Below are positions 1 to 12,511 of a stretch of DNA of 64,000 nucleotides, piece after piece; position 1 is the first letter of the stretch; each line of letters starts with the position of its first letter. The stretch is from the NCBI GenBank assembly GCA_002633005.1, contig NMRA01000068.1, positions 222,453 to 286,452 on the forward strand, given 5' to 3'. The position numbers and the translations under genes were made by a program. The notes under the pieces are model-generated. The model had not been told where the DNA came from and did no database searches. It saw only the letters and a list, made by a program, of their open reading frames with translations. This DNA comes from Phoronis australis. Lineage: Eukaryota > Animalia > Phoronida.

Positions 1-396
1 ACCAAAGATGCATAATTCAAAACCTGTCATACCTGGCTCGATTTGGCAACTTGCAGGTCACCAATGTGACCTCAAATTTATGTTTTACGACTCGGTAGAA
101 ATCCCAAGTAATCATTTTAAGTGTTCAAGGCTTTTCTTTAAGGAAAAACACGTTTATGGCTTATCTGCAAAATGAAGTTGATCGATGGTATCATTAATAC
201 TGCAGAGTCTAAACTACGCATATTGGTTCTTAGTAGCTGTTGATGTTTCTGCCATTTTACTGTTTACGAGCACCCAGGCTTATATTTCAGGTACTGGACA
301 GATAAGGAATACATAAGATTCCGAATATATGCCCTGAGGTTTCTATCACAAATTCCCAGTTAGAGAATCTGATTGTTTCCGCCGGTTATGTTTTAG

Positions 397-502
397 GCCG
401 CAAAGTAGCAATTGATGCGTCCATGTGTATCTATCAGTTTCTGATCGCTGTACGGCAGCAAGATGGCAGTCAGCTAACAAATGAACAAGGAGAAATCACC
501 AG
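397..502 (+). CDS. FEN1: FEN1 exon ([36 protein letters not shown])
   Basis: ttttag acceptor, AG/gtatgg donor; XPG-N motif RKVAIDAS. Confidence 0.95.
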
Positions 503-1165
503 GTATGGAGTAGTGTTAAGATCCTTGTGCTCCGTTTATGTTCTGTACATTAGGATCTCAAGTTATGAACGTATACAGTGTTGACATCTAAATCCTTATC
601 AGGTGTCGGATAGAATGTGAATCTGCCATTGGATGGATAGCTCTCAGTTTTAGGTGGGTGTCGAACATAATTTGTCCAACTGCCTACAATTGTTTGAAAA
701 CTTGTGTGTTCAGATTGGACCAAAAAATGCTAGCGAACGCATTTGATTTGTCGGCAGTGTTTTTGCTAAGTTAGGAACCCCTAATTAACGCTGAAAGATT
801 TGTTGTTACTTTAAATGCTACATAATGAGTTGTTTACTGGATTTAATCATCCCTTGCCATCCACACTCGATCACAAAGCATGGTTACATTCTAAACAAAC
901 CCAACTAGAGTTTGATACAAGGTGCCCTCATTTTGAGAACGAGTTTGGTGCCTGTTATTGAGTGGAGAAAACTGGTTCTCAAAATGCCGGCATCTTATAT
1001 CTGAGTATTACCCAGCTAGTCTTAAATTCTGACACCCTGTGGATATTATTCGTGTCTGTAGCATTTCATTATAGCTCACAGAAGTGATTAACGACTTCAT
1101 TGTTGAATTTTTGAAATGTTACTGCTAGGTTTATAATTGGGTGTGGACTTACTTTTTTCTTTCAG

Positions 1166-1268
1166 TCACTTAATGGGCACATTTTATCGTACTATACGAA
1201 TGGTAGAAAATGGTATCAAGCCTGTGTATGTATTTGATGGGAAACCACCTGAAATGAAGTCGGGAGAG
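1166..1268 (+). CDS. FEN1: FEN1 exon ([34 protein letters not shown])
   Basis: ttcag acceptor, gtaagt donor; [10 protein letters not shown] motif. Confidence 0.96.
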
Positions 1269-1959
1269 GTAAGTTTTCCTCATGTTCCTCAGCTAACAGG
1301 TCAATCATATTATGTTGCTACCTGGCCTTGAATCTTTGTGTGGACTAATTTTCTGTAAATTTGCATTTGCTGGGTGTTAGAACAAGTGTGTGGTTAGTCA
1401 ACTTGTAAACTGGGAGATGTCAAAATGGTTGAAAGTAAGATACAATGGGTTCAACCGAATACACTGATTTATAATATCGCAATCTTGAACAGTTTGAAAT
1501 ATCAACGCAATAAGCTGTGGTAGGTTTTCGTAAATAGATCAAACTTTGAACTGTTTAATTCCCTGTTTTGAATGGCAACAGTCTTGTAGTAAATGATATA
1601 CAAACTTTCAAGGCAACCCATGGCTAGTGCGGCAATTCTCAAGTTGTTCCGCACAAAAATGTTTACCAAAAGTTGTCAAATTTCCATGTTTAAAAGGCAC
1701 CTTTTTGCAAATAGTGAGCGCTTTTACCAAATATTGTTCTTTGACATCTACACGGTACAGATCGAGCTATAAATAATGGACTGGGCTTTTCTTAATACTG
1801 GAAAAATAAAACTTTGTGTGCCTGTCATGTTGGGTAAATAGTCTTTGAAGTATTATGGTGTCTCAGAATGTGCGTCAGATCTCATTCTTGACTTTATTTA
1901 TGCAACACAAGTTCTTTACCTTAATTGTAGTGGTCAAAACCTACATAATGTCAACAAGA

Positions 1960-2480
1960 GCAGGACTTGCATTTTCTTAAGGATGGATCTGACTACTGCC
2001 ATGCCCCCTTGTGGCAACTTTGACTTTTTACATCTGCGCTTCACCAACCAGTTCCTTAGTGAAACTTATTGAAATTTGACCCATTGTGTTTTTGAACCTT
2101 CTATTAAATGGCATTTTTTTGTATTTTGGTGCTTTTTGGCATTCATTTTTCTTTCTTTTAAATGACTCATGATTTTCTGACAGTTTCAACTGTTACACCT
2201 CATAGTGGCAGTTTTATTTTTTTCATTTACCTGGATATCTACCGAGTTTGATGCAGGATCTTCAGGAAAGTTGGCATCCCAGATTGAGCAGCACTTGTCC
2301 AGTTCCGACTTGGGCTGTGCCTCCTAGTGGCAACTTCAATTGTTTAGAATTCACTTTCTAAAGAGTCGTAGCTAGTGAATTTCTGTTGAAGTTTGCATGA
2401 CTGGCGTCAATAATTACATGGGTGCAACTGCTGTAGTGCACCTTGTGTTAATTTCAATATCTACAGGGATTGCCTTGGCC
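1960..2480 (+). repeat. Degraded copy of the ~145-bp CCNNNTAGTGGCAA array family
   Basis: Motif at ~2003, ~2196 and ~2318, with GAAATTTG spacers as in 15578-16757. Confidence 0.5.
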
Positions 2481-2716
2481 AATTTCCAAATCACTAATCC
2501 TGCACCCCATAGACTCTATTTTAAGTTCACTAGTGTTGCTCATTTTAGAGCATGGACATTTTTGGAAAACATTAGCACCCCTTGCATTTTTACCATTTGT
2601 GATATGAACAGTGGGTGCATTTCAACACTGTGCTTTACTCCGGTGTGCTTTTGCCCACGTCAAGGCTCTATCTCACATCACATTAGCCATTACATTTATG
2701 ATGTTCTTTTTGGCAG

Positions 2717-2780
2717 CTTGCCAAGCGACAGGAGAGGAGAGCAGTGGCCCAAAAAGAGTTGGAAAAAGCCGAGGAATCTG
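2717..2780 (+). CDS. FEN1: FEN1 exon (LAKRQERRAVAQKELEKAEES), helical arch
   Basis: ggcag acceptor, gtgagt donor, in phase with neighbouring exons. Confidence 0.93.
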
Positions 2781-2899
2781 GTGAGTATTTGCGTGTATTT
2801 TACAGAGAGACAGCCTTTTGGGTGCCCTAAGGGTTGTTTAAAAAATGAATTGCAGTCTGTCTGGAACACATTGTACCAGACATGCGCAAATCACGCGGG

Positions 2900-3075
2900 T
2901 GGGCTCACTGCACTGATCACCTGGAGCCATTCTTATCCTTCATTAATGTATAGTTAAAACGAGCTGAGGAGCTAGAGACCTGACTCAAGGTTTAGCAGTG
3001 TGCCTTAGTGGGACACGAAACCGTGGCCTTGAGTAAAGGAAGTGAACACTTATCCCACGAGGCCAAGTTGCCTCC
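2900..3075 (-). mobile_element. Degenerate tRNA-derived SINE fragment
   Basis: Minus strand has TGGCCTCGTGG (A-box-like) and GGTTTCGTGTCCC (B-box-like) at tRNA-like spacing. Confidence 0.3.
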
Positions 3076-3785
3076 TCAACTTAATGATTGTGTTCAATTA
3101 ATGACACATTTCTTTCTGCAGAATCATATTTGATATCTCACCTTAAAGTGATGTTATCGCGTTCATTTCTGTCCAAAAAAATGCCAAACGTCCACTTTGC
3201 CCCCATATGTGTGAGGCCAATTTTACACTCGTATTTGCTTTTGTCATTCATATGTTTTGGTGTTTACTCGCTTATGTCGAGCCCTGGTATAGATTAATAC
3301 AAAGGATGACATTACTGCCCAGAAATTTGATGACATTGAAGGGCATCTTGTTCTTGAAACAAGTTTGTCTTTGTTTTGAACATCAAAAGCTGCGGTTTGT
3401 CCATCCAATGCAAACAATGTCAACAGCTTTAAAGTGAACATTATGTGGTGTTTTGTATTAGCTTCAGCATCCCCAAAGTTGTACAAGTTACTTTCACAAC
3501 CTTTCAAATGAAAGCTGCTTTTATAGTGAAAGTCACTTCCCACGATCCTTTATAAGTTGTTTCAGATTATGTAAAGCTGTAAATGTTTGCTATGTAACAA
3601 TCATGTGGTCATCAGGAAATGTTTTGTTTACTTAGGAAAAACGTCTATTTTAAACCTAAAAGTTTACCTATTTCTGACAAGTTTCAGTGTCGTGATTTGA
3701 AAAGACCATCATGGGCTATGAATTTTGTTCCATTGTTAACGTAACATGTAACAAACTAACGTGTTATCATTGGTGTATCACGCAG

Positions 3786-3895
3786 GTTCAATGGAGGATG
3801 TTGAAAAGTTTACACGACGCCTGGTGAAGGTGACTAAGGAACACAATGCAGAGTGTAAACAACTGCTTCAGTTGATGGGCATACCATATATAGAT
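3786..3895 (+). CDS. FEN1: FEN1 exon ([36 protein letters not shown])
   Basis: cgcag acceptor, gtgagc donor; [10 protein letters not shown] and LMGIPY motifs. Confidence 0.96.
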
Positions 3896-3989
3896 GTGAG
3901 CTAACTACCAAGTCATTTTTTCTTGAACTCGCTTTTTTTTGATTTTGGATACATGTGATTGATAGTAATTACTACCCACTATATAAATA

Positions 3990-4348
3990 TGTAATTCTTA
4001 CTCCGGCATGGAAATGTACAGCATTCATAACCAGACTAAAAATTGTTTGCGATTACATTTTCATGTCACTTTAAGAATTACATATTTATAAACACTCAGT
4101 GAATCAATGGCGAGATGCCTACTACTGAGTATTGATTGGATTTCTGTATTCAACCGGTGGTCCCAATGCCTCAGTGGACTATAGCATCTGCACGGTTATG
4201 AGAAGGGACCGGGTTCGAGTCCTTATTGGTGCAGAAATCTTTTCAGACTTATATTCATTAGGTCACATGATGTGGCCGCAGGTGGTGTGATAACCAGACT
4301 TTAAAATGTTTGCAAATTACTACTACACAAGCATCTTACTTCGTTACA
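3990..4348 (+). mobile_element. LTR-like unit containing a degenerate tRNA-like Pol III module
   Basis: TGTAA...TTACA ends, then CATTTGGTG (PBS-like); internal A box TGCCTCAGTGG and B box GGTTCGAGTCC; internal ~30-bp direct repeat ATAACCAGACT at ~4027 and ~4290. Confidence 0.55.
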
Positions 4349-4527
4349 CATTTGGTGTTATTTGTCCGTATGCCCAATACAGAAAACATCCATTATTTAT
4401 TAAAATTAAGTTGACACGAATAGGTGACTCATTTTACTNTCAATTTACTTGAAAGCCCTTTAACCTTTGACATTGGATAAGTGGTAAACAAATATCCACG
4501 CGGTTGTGCGGTTCCAAGGTGGTTCTG

Positions 4528-4665
4528 CTAAATCTTTTTTTTCTCGCTACGCAGTATATATTTCGTATTTGAAGTTCCTCGAGAATGAAGAAAAGGTATT
4601 TTGCTAGACACAAGTGAAATATTGTAAAAATGGCCCATTTTTGTGAATAAGGTTGGAAATATCCT
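4528..4665. repeat. Dispersed repeat, second copy at 37655-37780
   Basis: Shared TTTCTCGCTAC...AAGTTCCTCG.AATGAAGA...GAAATATTGTAAAAA...TTTTTGTGAA. Confidence 0.75.
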
Positions 4666-5069
4666 TAAATGGGTCCTACAGCTTGTGGGCTTACTACCAT
4701 GTGATGCATTCACACTCCCTGCTTGTATGACCTTTCAACCTGATGTCACTATTTATTTCATTGTTTATTTCGCTACCTCATTCCAGTGCCTGAGTGCAAG
4801 ACATGTGCTCTTGAAACATTGCTACTATGTAACCTGTTTGTTTGTTAGTAATGTCTATTGGCAATTTGCATTACAAGTGTACCCTGGAAGATCGGAAATT
4901 GTACAGAGAGTTTGAGCAAGTGTATATCAAGCTGTCTAGCAGAAACTATAATTGTGTGTTCAATCAAGTTTGTGGTAATGAAGGGCTGCTACCGAACTAA
5001 TGCTAGTTTTACAGTGTTAGTATGGTGTACAAGTGTTTTCGTTAGTAAGGTGAGGTTACTTGCTTGTAG

Positions 5070-5206
5070 GCACCATGTGAGGCTGAGGCCCAGTGCGCAG
5101 AACTGGTTAAGCAAGGCAAGGTGTACGCTGTTGGTACTGAGGATATGGACGCGCTTACATTTGGTAGCACTGTTCTCTTGCGGCACTTGACGCTGTCCGA
5201 AGCACG
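5070..5206 (+). CDS. FEN1: FEN1 exon ([45 protein letters not shown])
   Basis: tgtag acceptor, gtatgt donor; catalytic EAEA and EDMD. Confidence 0.97.
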
Positions 5207-6055
5207 GTATGTCATTTCTTGTTAAAATGAAGTGATGATAGGTTCTGATATAGTGGTCTGCTGGGTGAAAATATTTGTACTCTTGTCCAAATAACATGAA
5301 ATTTACACACAAATGGTAACTCGTAAAGTGCTTGGTCGTGACAAAATCAGGTGCAAGATTGTGCTGTGCTGTGACATTTTTTTATTTCATCTCAAGTTTC
5401 ATGATCTATATGGGTACAAGACATTCCTATCATTCGTACGACTCTTGCCTCATTTTTTGTTTGATGGACATGGAATTTGCTTGAATTGTATGACTTCTCA
5501 TGAAATTTGTACCTTACCAGTTTCGATGGATTACACATATTCTGAATTCCTAGTGACCATTTTAATTATTTGTACGTCTTTTTAGTGTTTACCGCTCTGT
5601 CCGCCAAATCGCTTGTAGGACTGTTATGAAGGCTCTGATTTTCAGACAAGTCCAATATTGTGGCGTCCATCTAATGGCAATTTATGTTTTCTTTGTGCAT
5701 GCATTTATAACTGCCAAATTAATTGATGGATATTCACTAAATTTAACAAATAAGTTTCTATGGAGTTGACAATAGCACCTACATTGTTTCATGTGTCTTT
5801 GACTCCCCAAACCACACCAGATGCCTCTGTGACGGCCATTTTTCAAAATTTCTCCATGCAAAGCTCAAGCTCTGATGTCGTTTGACTGATCATTGTGAAA
5901 CCTTTGGGTGGATAGATGTCCTCAAGCCCTACAAGAAATGTGCCATCAATTTTTCACTATGACTTGCTGTTCTGAAGTCATTCAAGACTTTAGTGGGGCC
6001 CCCTTTACCCCCCTCAAATCTGCCACTGGTTCTGGCTTTCATGTTGATTGGCCAC

Positions 6056-6170
6056 AGTTATACAAGCCTTTTTTAGTTATACAAGCCTTTTTTAGTTATT
6101 CAAGCCTTTTTAGTTATACAAGCCTTTTTTAGTTATACAAGCCTTTTTGTAGTTATACAAGCCTTTTTTT
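6056..6170. repeat. ~19-bp tandem repeat x6 (AGTTATACAAGCCTTTTTT)
   Basis: Directly visible. Confidence 0.92.
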
Positions 6171-7171
6171 CTTCATCACTTTTGCCAAGTGTGTGATGAC
6201 TATGGTGATCACAATGAAAGTAAATGATGGAGGTGTTCGCGTTGTCTTTGTCAGCGTCATCATTGATGTTGCTGGCATCATCGTCTTTGGCCTCGCCAGT
6301 ATCATGGCTGTGGGGGGTCATGATAGCCATCACTGGTAATGCCGTTGATGGCATTGCGTTTTGTATTGTCGGCAACAGTGTCAAGATATGTAGCATCGTG
6401 ATCATCGTTAGTGCATTAGATTTGTCATCCATGTTGAAGTCAGTGTCGTGGTATTTGTGGTCATATTCTGCTTTAGTTGTTGAAGCTGCACATGTTGTAA
6501 TCTTTGGTCTTGCTGCTTTCGTCGTCGTCTACAATTTTTCAGTTTATTTCGCCTAGTGTTACTCTAGGATATTCACATTTATGTTTAAGAGTCGTAACTT
6601 AATATAATATTTCAGATTTATTAAGTTGTCACAAGTACAGAGGAATTGGAAGAAAAAAAAGCAAATTAAACAAAATACAAAAAGAAAACAGAAACAAAAT
6701 TAAACCATAGATAACACAAGAAATCAAAATTAGAATAGATTATGCCGTATTTACACAAACGTACCATGGTTAAGATTTATGTCAAAAAGTTTCATCGCCA
6801 GCAAAGTGCAATAACATAAGCGGAAACATTGACTGATGATTTTCTCAGAATCTATTTTGACATTGATGTGTTGTGAGGTAGCTGAGAGGTGGATAACTAA
6901 AAAATGTCATATGACATTTGTATACTATGGATGAAAGCAAAGATTGCAGGTGGGACATGAGGAAAAATGTCCTCAGGATTTGTACCAAATAGTAATAAAA
7001 TGAGACATGGATAATTTGCGAAAAATGTCTTTTTCCTGTTGGCAGAAAGTGATTATTTACCCATTGATGCATCTACTGGAATCTTATGTTTGCACAAGTG
7101 GAGAAAATTTAAAAATAAGCGCTGCCATGTCATGTCTGTAGACGGCATCAAACAACTGTAACCAGCGTTAG

Positions 7172-8819
7172 TTAACGTGTATCATGACTTGCTGTACTGC
7201 GCACATGTGGAGGAGGTATGTGTGTGCGCAACCAGTTGATAGGTTTCTGTAGATAGCTGTACACTGTATATAGTATACTTATGTACGCGTGCCGAAAGTG
7301 TCTGTTCATAGCTCCATAAATAATGGGGTTGACACATGATCCAGTCCAAAAAAACAACGCGGTTATCATATACGCGGCTCGTGAAAACTCATTCTGACTG
7401 TCAGCCAAGTTGACGATGGTGAATGGTAAATATGTGAACGCGAAGGCTGCAAACACAGCGAGCATCATACGAAAAGACCTTATAGCCTGCTGTTGGCTCT
7501 TGGCAAGTTTGCGATGATTCACGACTTTCCTGGTCTGGTCACCACTCATTGATTTAAATGTTGGTGATGCGCTTACTGCATCATCCTGTAATATTTCATA
7601 TGTTTTTGTTTCTGTGGCATCACTAGTTGATAGGTTGATATCCTCTTCTGCTTTGGTTGTCGCATTATCGGTTGTCTCGCTCGGAATACTCACTGCAGTG
7701 GAGAGCAGCACTGTGTGCTGTGCGTGAATAGCATTGAGCTGTTCAGCATTGATCTCAACACTTGTCACTGTCACAGCATCGTCATCTTTAGGCACAGCCA
7801 CGTTAATACAAGGTTGTAGATTCACTGAGTTGTCAGGCGTTTTGTTGGCCTTTGTTCTGTGTGACTCTGTGGATGAGTTGTCTGCAGCCTTGACAAGCAT
7901 CTCACAACATTCACTGTTAGTGTGGTGTACAGCGCCTCCACTTGGTGATTTGTTACATCTATTATGTGCTTCTTTGCAAGATCCAATAGTTTCTAAATCC
8001 TCGTCAGAAATTATAGCTGAGGGCATGTTGATTCTTTCCTGGCATTCAGTGCTTGTCTCAACTGTGAACACTGGTTTAGAGAAGGTTTTGAAACAAGTTG
8101 CATTTAGCATTGCATTGGATGCAGTTAGGTTCTGAGCCTGGTGAGTAGACACTCGCTTCTGACTCTTTCGTATGACAAAACAGATTGCCAAGTAACACAC
8201 AAGTATTACTAAGCTTGGGAAAATAAAACCTGCAATGAAGAGGATGTTGATGAATGTTGATGATTCTGCTCTCACATAGTTACATCTTCCAATCTGATCC
8301 GTGTAATCTATCTTAGCCCACTCTGGTTTTGTCATGCTGAGGAGAACGATGGAAAATGACAAGATCCACACCATGGCTTCTTGGGACAGCAACACGCACT
8401 TCGTTTTCAAGAAGTAGCTCTTGCCTGGCCAAATTATCATAATAAATCTGTTGACAGCTATAAGTGCAATATGGAATGGCGATACAATAATCAGCATAGT
8501 TCCTACGTATGCTTGAAACAGGCATGTGTGCTTGTTAAAGTTCCAGCCGCGATGATAATAGCTGTTCACGTAGAATGGCATAATACATGTATTCATTTTA
8601 AAATCTGCAAATGCCAGACTTGCTATGAGAACGTTGTGAGCTGTTCGCAGTTTCTTGACTGTGGTTACAGCCATGATCACCATCACATTGCCTGCTGTTC
8701 CCACGACGATGATGAGAACAATAAAGTAACTGCCTACTTGGCCCACCATGTTGTCCGGGTCATCCAGACTACTGTTGTACACCATCTTGGTAAAATGCAC
8801 CGATTTTACTTCACTTTTC
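7172..8819 (-). CDS. Class A GPCR paralog 1 (Tre1/moody/GPR84-like), main exon, nested antisense in FEN1 intron
   Basis: ~540-codon ORF with 7 hydrophobic segments: GN (TM1), LAxAD (TM2), NRF in place of DRY, ECL2 Cys, ~230-aa Ser/Thr-rich ICL3, YLPF (TM6), NPIIY (TM7). Acceptor tttcag at 8820; first internal ATG at 8785. Subfamily inferred from motifs only. Confidence 0.93.
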
Positions 8820-10419
8820 CTGAAAAGAAAATCAAAAAATTGCTGTTATTAGGGAAATGCCTATTGTTGGGTGTCAAAAGACAAAATATTCAGATGGAAT
8901 ATTTTACCTGGGAGTGTGAATTTCGTCACCAGCTTGTATGCTACTTTCCTTGGCTGTTTTTCAGGTCGCACAGAGTTTCTGAATTGTATTCTATGACTTA
9001 TAACCTTTTCACGTGTGAAGTTTCATAGAACATATTGGCTTGTCACTGATAACTCTTATCTCCTGATTATAACCATCCATGTTTCCTCATTGTAATAATT
9101 AGACCGGTATTTCCTTCTCAAAACATGGGAATCAGGAAACATGTTGATTGACTCTTATGACGTTATGGTCCTCAAGTTTCGCGTGCCTGTATATCTTTTG
9201 GTTTCAGTCTATTAAAAAGGTGCATATGAAGCCACCCATTCGAAAGGCTAGCCTATCCTTTCAAATTTTGTTCAATACGCTGTAAATACTCCAAATTTGT
9301 CAAAGGTTGCATGGAAACAGTTACCCCTTGTAAGTCATGCTATATAGTGAGAAGTTCTTGACACTATGTGAGCAGTTTGGATGAAAGTCATTTTTGTGCA
9401 TGTGCATTTTGTATTAATACACCAACTGTACTCATTGCATTATTCTCCATGTTCAGTTTGCATTCCTTTGTATCCCATAGTGAACCATTGTACTCATGTC
9501 TCGTGTTGTACTCAATATGCATTTTGCTTTCCTACAATAGTCTTCACACCCCATCCCAGGGTCTGCATCTAATGTCTTTGTCATTTTTATTCTTTACTGT
9601 CGTTGGGCTCTTCAAGCAATTTTTCTTTCTAATGTTTTTGCTACAATGAAAATTCTCCAATTAAGGGCAATGAAAAAATGTTAATTACTTTGCTTAAGAT
9701 TGGAGCTTGTACCAAGTTTGGAAATTGACAATACGGGCCGTCCCAATTTCAAGAACTATTAGAATGTTGAAAAAATTAACCATTTCCGAAATCTGGAATT
9801 AATGTTATACCTATAGATGCAATACGTGTTTTAATTTTTCCATTGTACTTCATGACACATCTTTGACTTCATGCATGAGTGATTTGGTACTGTGATTACA
9901 AACCAAATCAACTGGTAAAGCACTCTTTGAGGAATCCAACAAATTGAATAGCCACATGTCCTAAGCCGTGATCGCTATTGACAATTTAAACCATTGGAGG
10001 TGAACCAAGTATTAAACCCATTAGATGCCATCATGAAACAGTCATGCTTCTACTTATTCTCAAAAGAGGCAACTTATCAGAATTTGTAAAACATTGATTT
10101 GTTATATAACATGTCTTTATTATCCAACTGCAATATCCCCAACAATATGGTAGGAGCCCAGCATATTCAGGTCATGTGTTCCACCTGCTCATTAATTCAA
10201 GTTCTTCATGTGATATTTTTGTGAGCGTTAGGCAGATGTGCCAATACGAGCTGTAATGGTAACGAAATGTATTCTTTCACATGATTGTGATTTTTGAAGA
10301 TTTGGATTCTTCGGGAGAATCAGAATCAAGTAAAATGATGTGCATTTCTGGTTTGTTTCACTTTCGACACAGTTCATTTTCGACTTGGCTGTTCAGGATT
10401 CATGTGACTGCTAGAATGG

Positions 10420-10610
10420 GTATGTGACAATGATATCTGCTTACAGTCACGCCTAAGAGCAGTACATCGTTGCTGTTTGTATACTCAAAGTGGCTAAAAG
10501 TTTATGACAACGATAGCTGCTTACACAGTCACACCTAGGAAGAGTACATGATTACTGTTATATTCAAAGTGGCTAAAAGTGTATGTGAAAACGATATCTG
10601 CCTAGTCACC
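10420..10610. repeat. ~80-bp tandem repeat, ~2.4 copies
   Basis: Recurring GATA.CTGC.TA..GTCAC and TCAAAGTGGCTAAAAGT. Confidence 0.75.
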
Positions 10611-10810
10611 AACAGTGGGATGAAGTACTTTATATTGGAACAGGATAAAGTACCTTAATTAGTAGTACTGTTAACTGAAAAACCTTGACAACCCATGGGT
10701 GGCATTTCATTTAAGTGCATAAAACGACCATTTGCCTTGTTTTGACAAGTAACTACATTGTCAGCATCATTAATCCTTCCTTAAAAGAGGCCTGAACTAC
10801 ATGTTTCAGC

Positions 10811-12511
10811 ATTTGGATATGAATTTTGAAAGTATAAAGGTTCGTTACTGGCATCCACATATTCTTAAATAGTGCAAAGTATTTTTCTTTTTTACTTTGA
10901 AAAGTAAAAATTTATTAGTTCAGTAAAGCCCCACTGCGAGCGCTGTTTTTCGTGACGCCGCTGAGGCTGTACAGCAAAAAGAGATATAGGTTATTAGCTG
11001 TGCGAGTACATAGTCCAGTTGACAGATCAACATGTGCATACTCACAACCTTTTTCGTTTTTCTTTCCTGTTTGATTCATCCCGGGGCCTAGCCAGTCAGC
11101 TAGCTGTATGAAGACTATCTTCAAAATACAGCTAGGTACCTGTAGCACGGTGTGTTGAGCTCCGTTAGAACCCAAAATTTCACATAGCCCGGGTAGTTCT
11201 GCTCGTCACCTAGTCGTGAAACTTATATCAACACATAGAGCTATAAACCGGCAGGGGAGCGTGCAAATATCTGGATGTCAGCGAGCACTTACCTTGCCCG
11301 CTGGAGCAGTTTAAGTGAAAAGCAATCTAGTAAACGTTATTTTATCTCATAATTCTCAGCCTTGTGTAACAAAGAAACCAGTACGCTCAACACACGCCAT
11401 TTCCTAAAATTTTGTGACATCTGTCTGGAGATAACATAACGCTAAACCCTCGTGAGAGACCGCCCCGAGTTGGCTGCTGGAGCATCTCGGGGCGGTCTGG
11501 GATCAAGCGGAAAAACCACAGGGTAAATCTGTGNTTAAGCAGTGGCCCGAAACTTTCTTCGGCGAATCCGGGAATTTACAAAAGTGGCCGAAAGTGTTAG
11601 CCAATGAAACGCGTCGAAGATCGATTCTGCATATCCCATGTTCACGCGACTTGCTTACAAGTCATCGGGAGGGCTGTTCTCGTTAGTGTTGTTTTGAACT
11701 TGGATTTGGCAACGACCAAATAACGGTCGGATTGACAAGAGCTGCTTTGTATGTGCCAGGTATCTGTTGAGAAGTGTAAAAACTCAGCTCGCATTCGTTG
11801 GAAATTCCAGGTCGCATTTTGCGACTTGATACGAGCTGACAAAAATCTCAGCTCGCATTTCCAAATTTCAGGTCGCAAATGCGACCTGCAGCTCGTTATG
11901 TCGAGCCCTGATTTGGATATGAATTTTGAAAGTATAAAGGTTGGTTACTGGCATCCACATAATTCTTAAATAGTTCAAAGTATTTTTCTTTTTTACTTTG
12001 AAAAGTAAAAATTTATTAGTTCCGTAAAGCCCAATTAACTGCGAGCGCTGTTTTTCGTGACGCCGCTGAGGCTGTACAACAAAAAGAGGTATAGGTCGAC
12101 AGATCAACATGTACATACTCACAATTTTTTTTGTTTTTCTTTCCTGTTTGATTCATCCCAGAGCCTAGCCAGTCAGCTAGCTGTATGATGACTATCTTCA
12201 AAATACAGCTAGGCACCAGTAGCACTGTGTGTTGAGCTCCGTTAGAACCCAAAATTTCACATAGCCCGGGTAGTTCTGCTCGTCAGCTAGTCGTGAAACT
12301 TATATCATCATGTAGGGCTATAAACCGGCAGGGGAGCGTGCAAATATCTGTATGTCAGCCAACACTCACCTTGCCCACTGGAGCAGTTTAAGTGAAAATC
12401 AATCTAGTAAATGTTATTTTATCTCATAATTCTCAGCCTTTTGTAACAAAGAAACCAGTATGCTCAACACGCGCCATTTCCTAAAATTTTGTGACATCTG
12501 TCGGGAGATAA
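10811..12511. repeat. ~620-bp direct duplication (10811-11434 and 11911-12511) around a spacer ending in a hAT-like terminus
   Basis: Both copies run from ATTTGGATATGAATTTTG to GGAGATAA; the spacer ends GTTATGTCGAGCCCTG and carries GGTCGCA/TGCGAC subterminal motifs. Confidence 0.9.

Noticed and set aside
4159-4232. Functional tRNA gene
   Set aside because: Acceptor and T stems pair poorly; treated as an element-borne tRNA-like module.
6056-6170. Short repeats as a possible CRISPR array (also 29014-29349)
   Set aside because: Head-to-tail units with no unique spacers, in a eukaryotic context with no cas genes.
6133-6556. Hydrophobic 110-aa ORF and opposite Asp/His-rich ORF
   Set aside because: Both arise from a degenerate GTC/ATC-type trinucleotide tract; no splice or homology support.
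7734-9028. Plus-strand ORFs of 133 and 215 aa over GPCR paralog 1 (similar short ones over paralog 2)
   Set aside because: Antisense shadows of the receptor ORF; no motifs of their own.
9306-9318. RFX X-box-like GTTGCATGGAAAC upstream of GPCR paralog 1
   Set aside because: Single imperfect match with no counterpart seen at paralog 2; expected by chance.
10811-12511. TRIM/LTR element made of the two 620-bp repeats
   Set aside because: The repeats lack TG..CA ends, and no PBS, PPT or TSD was found.
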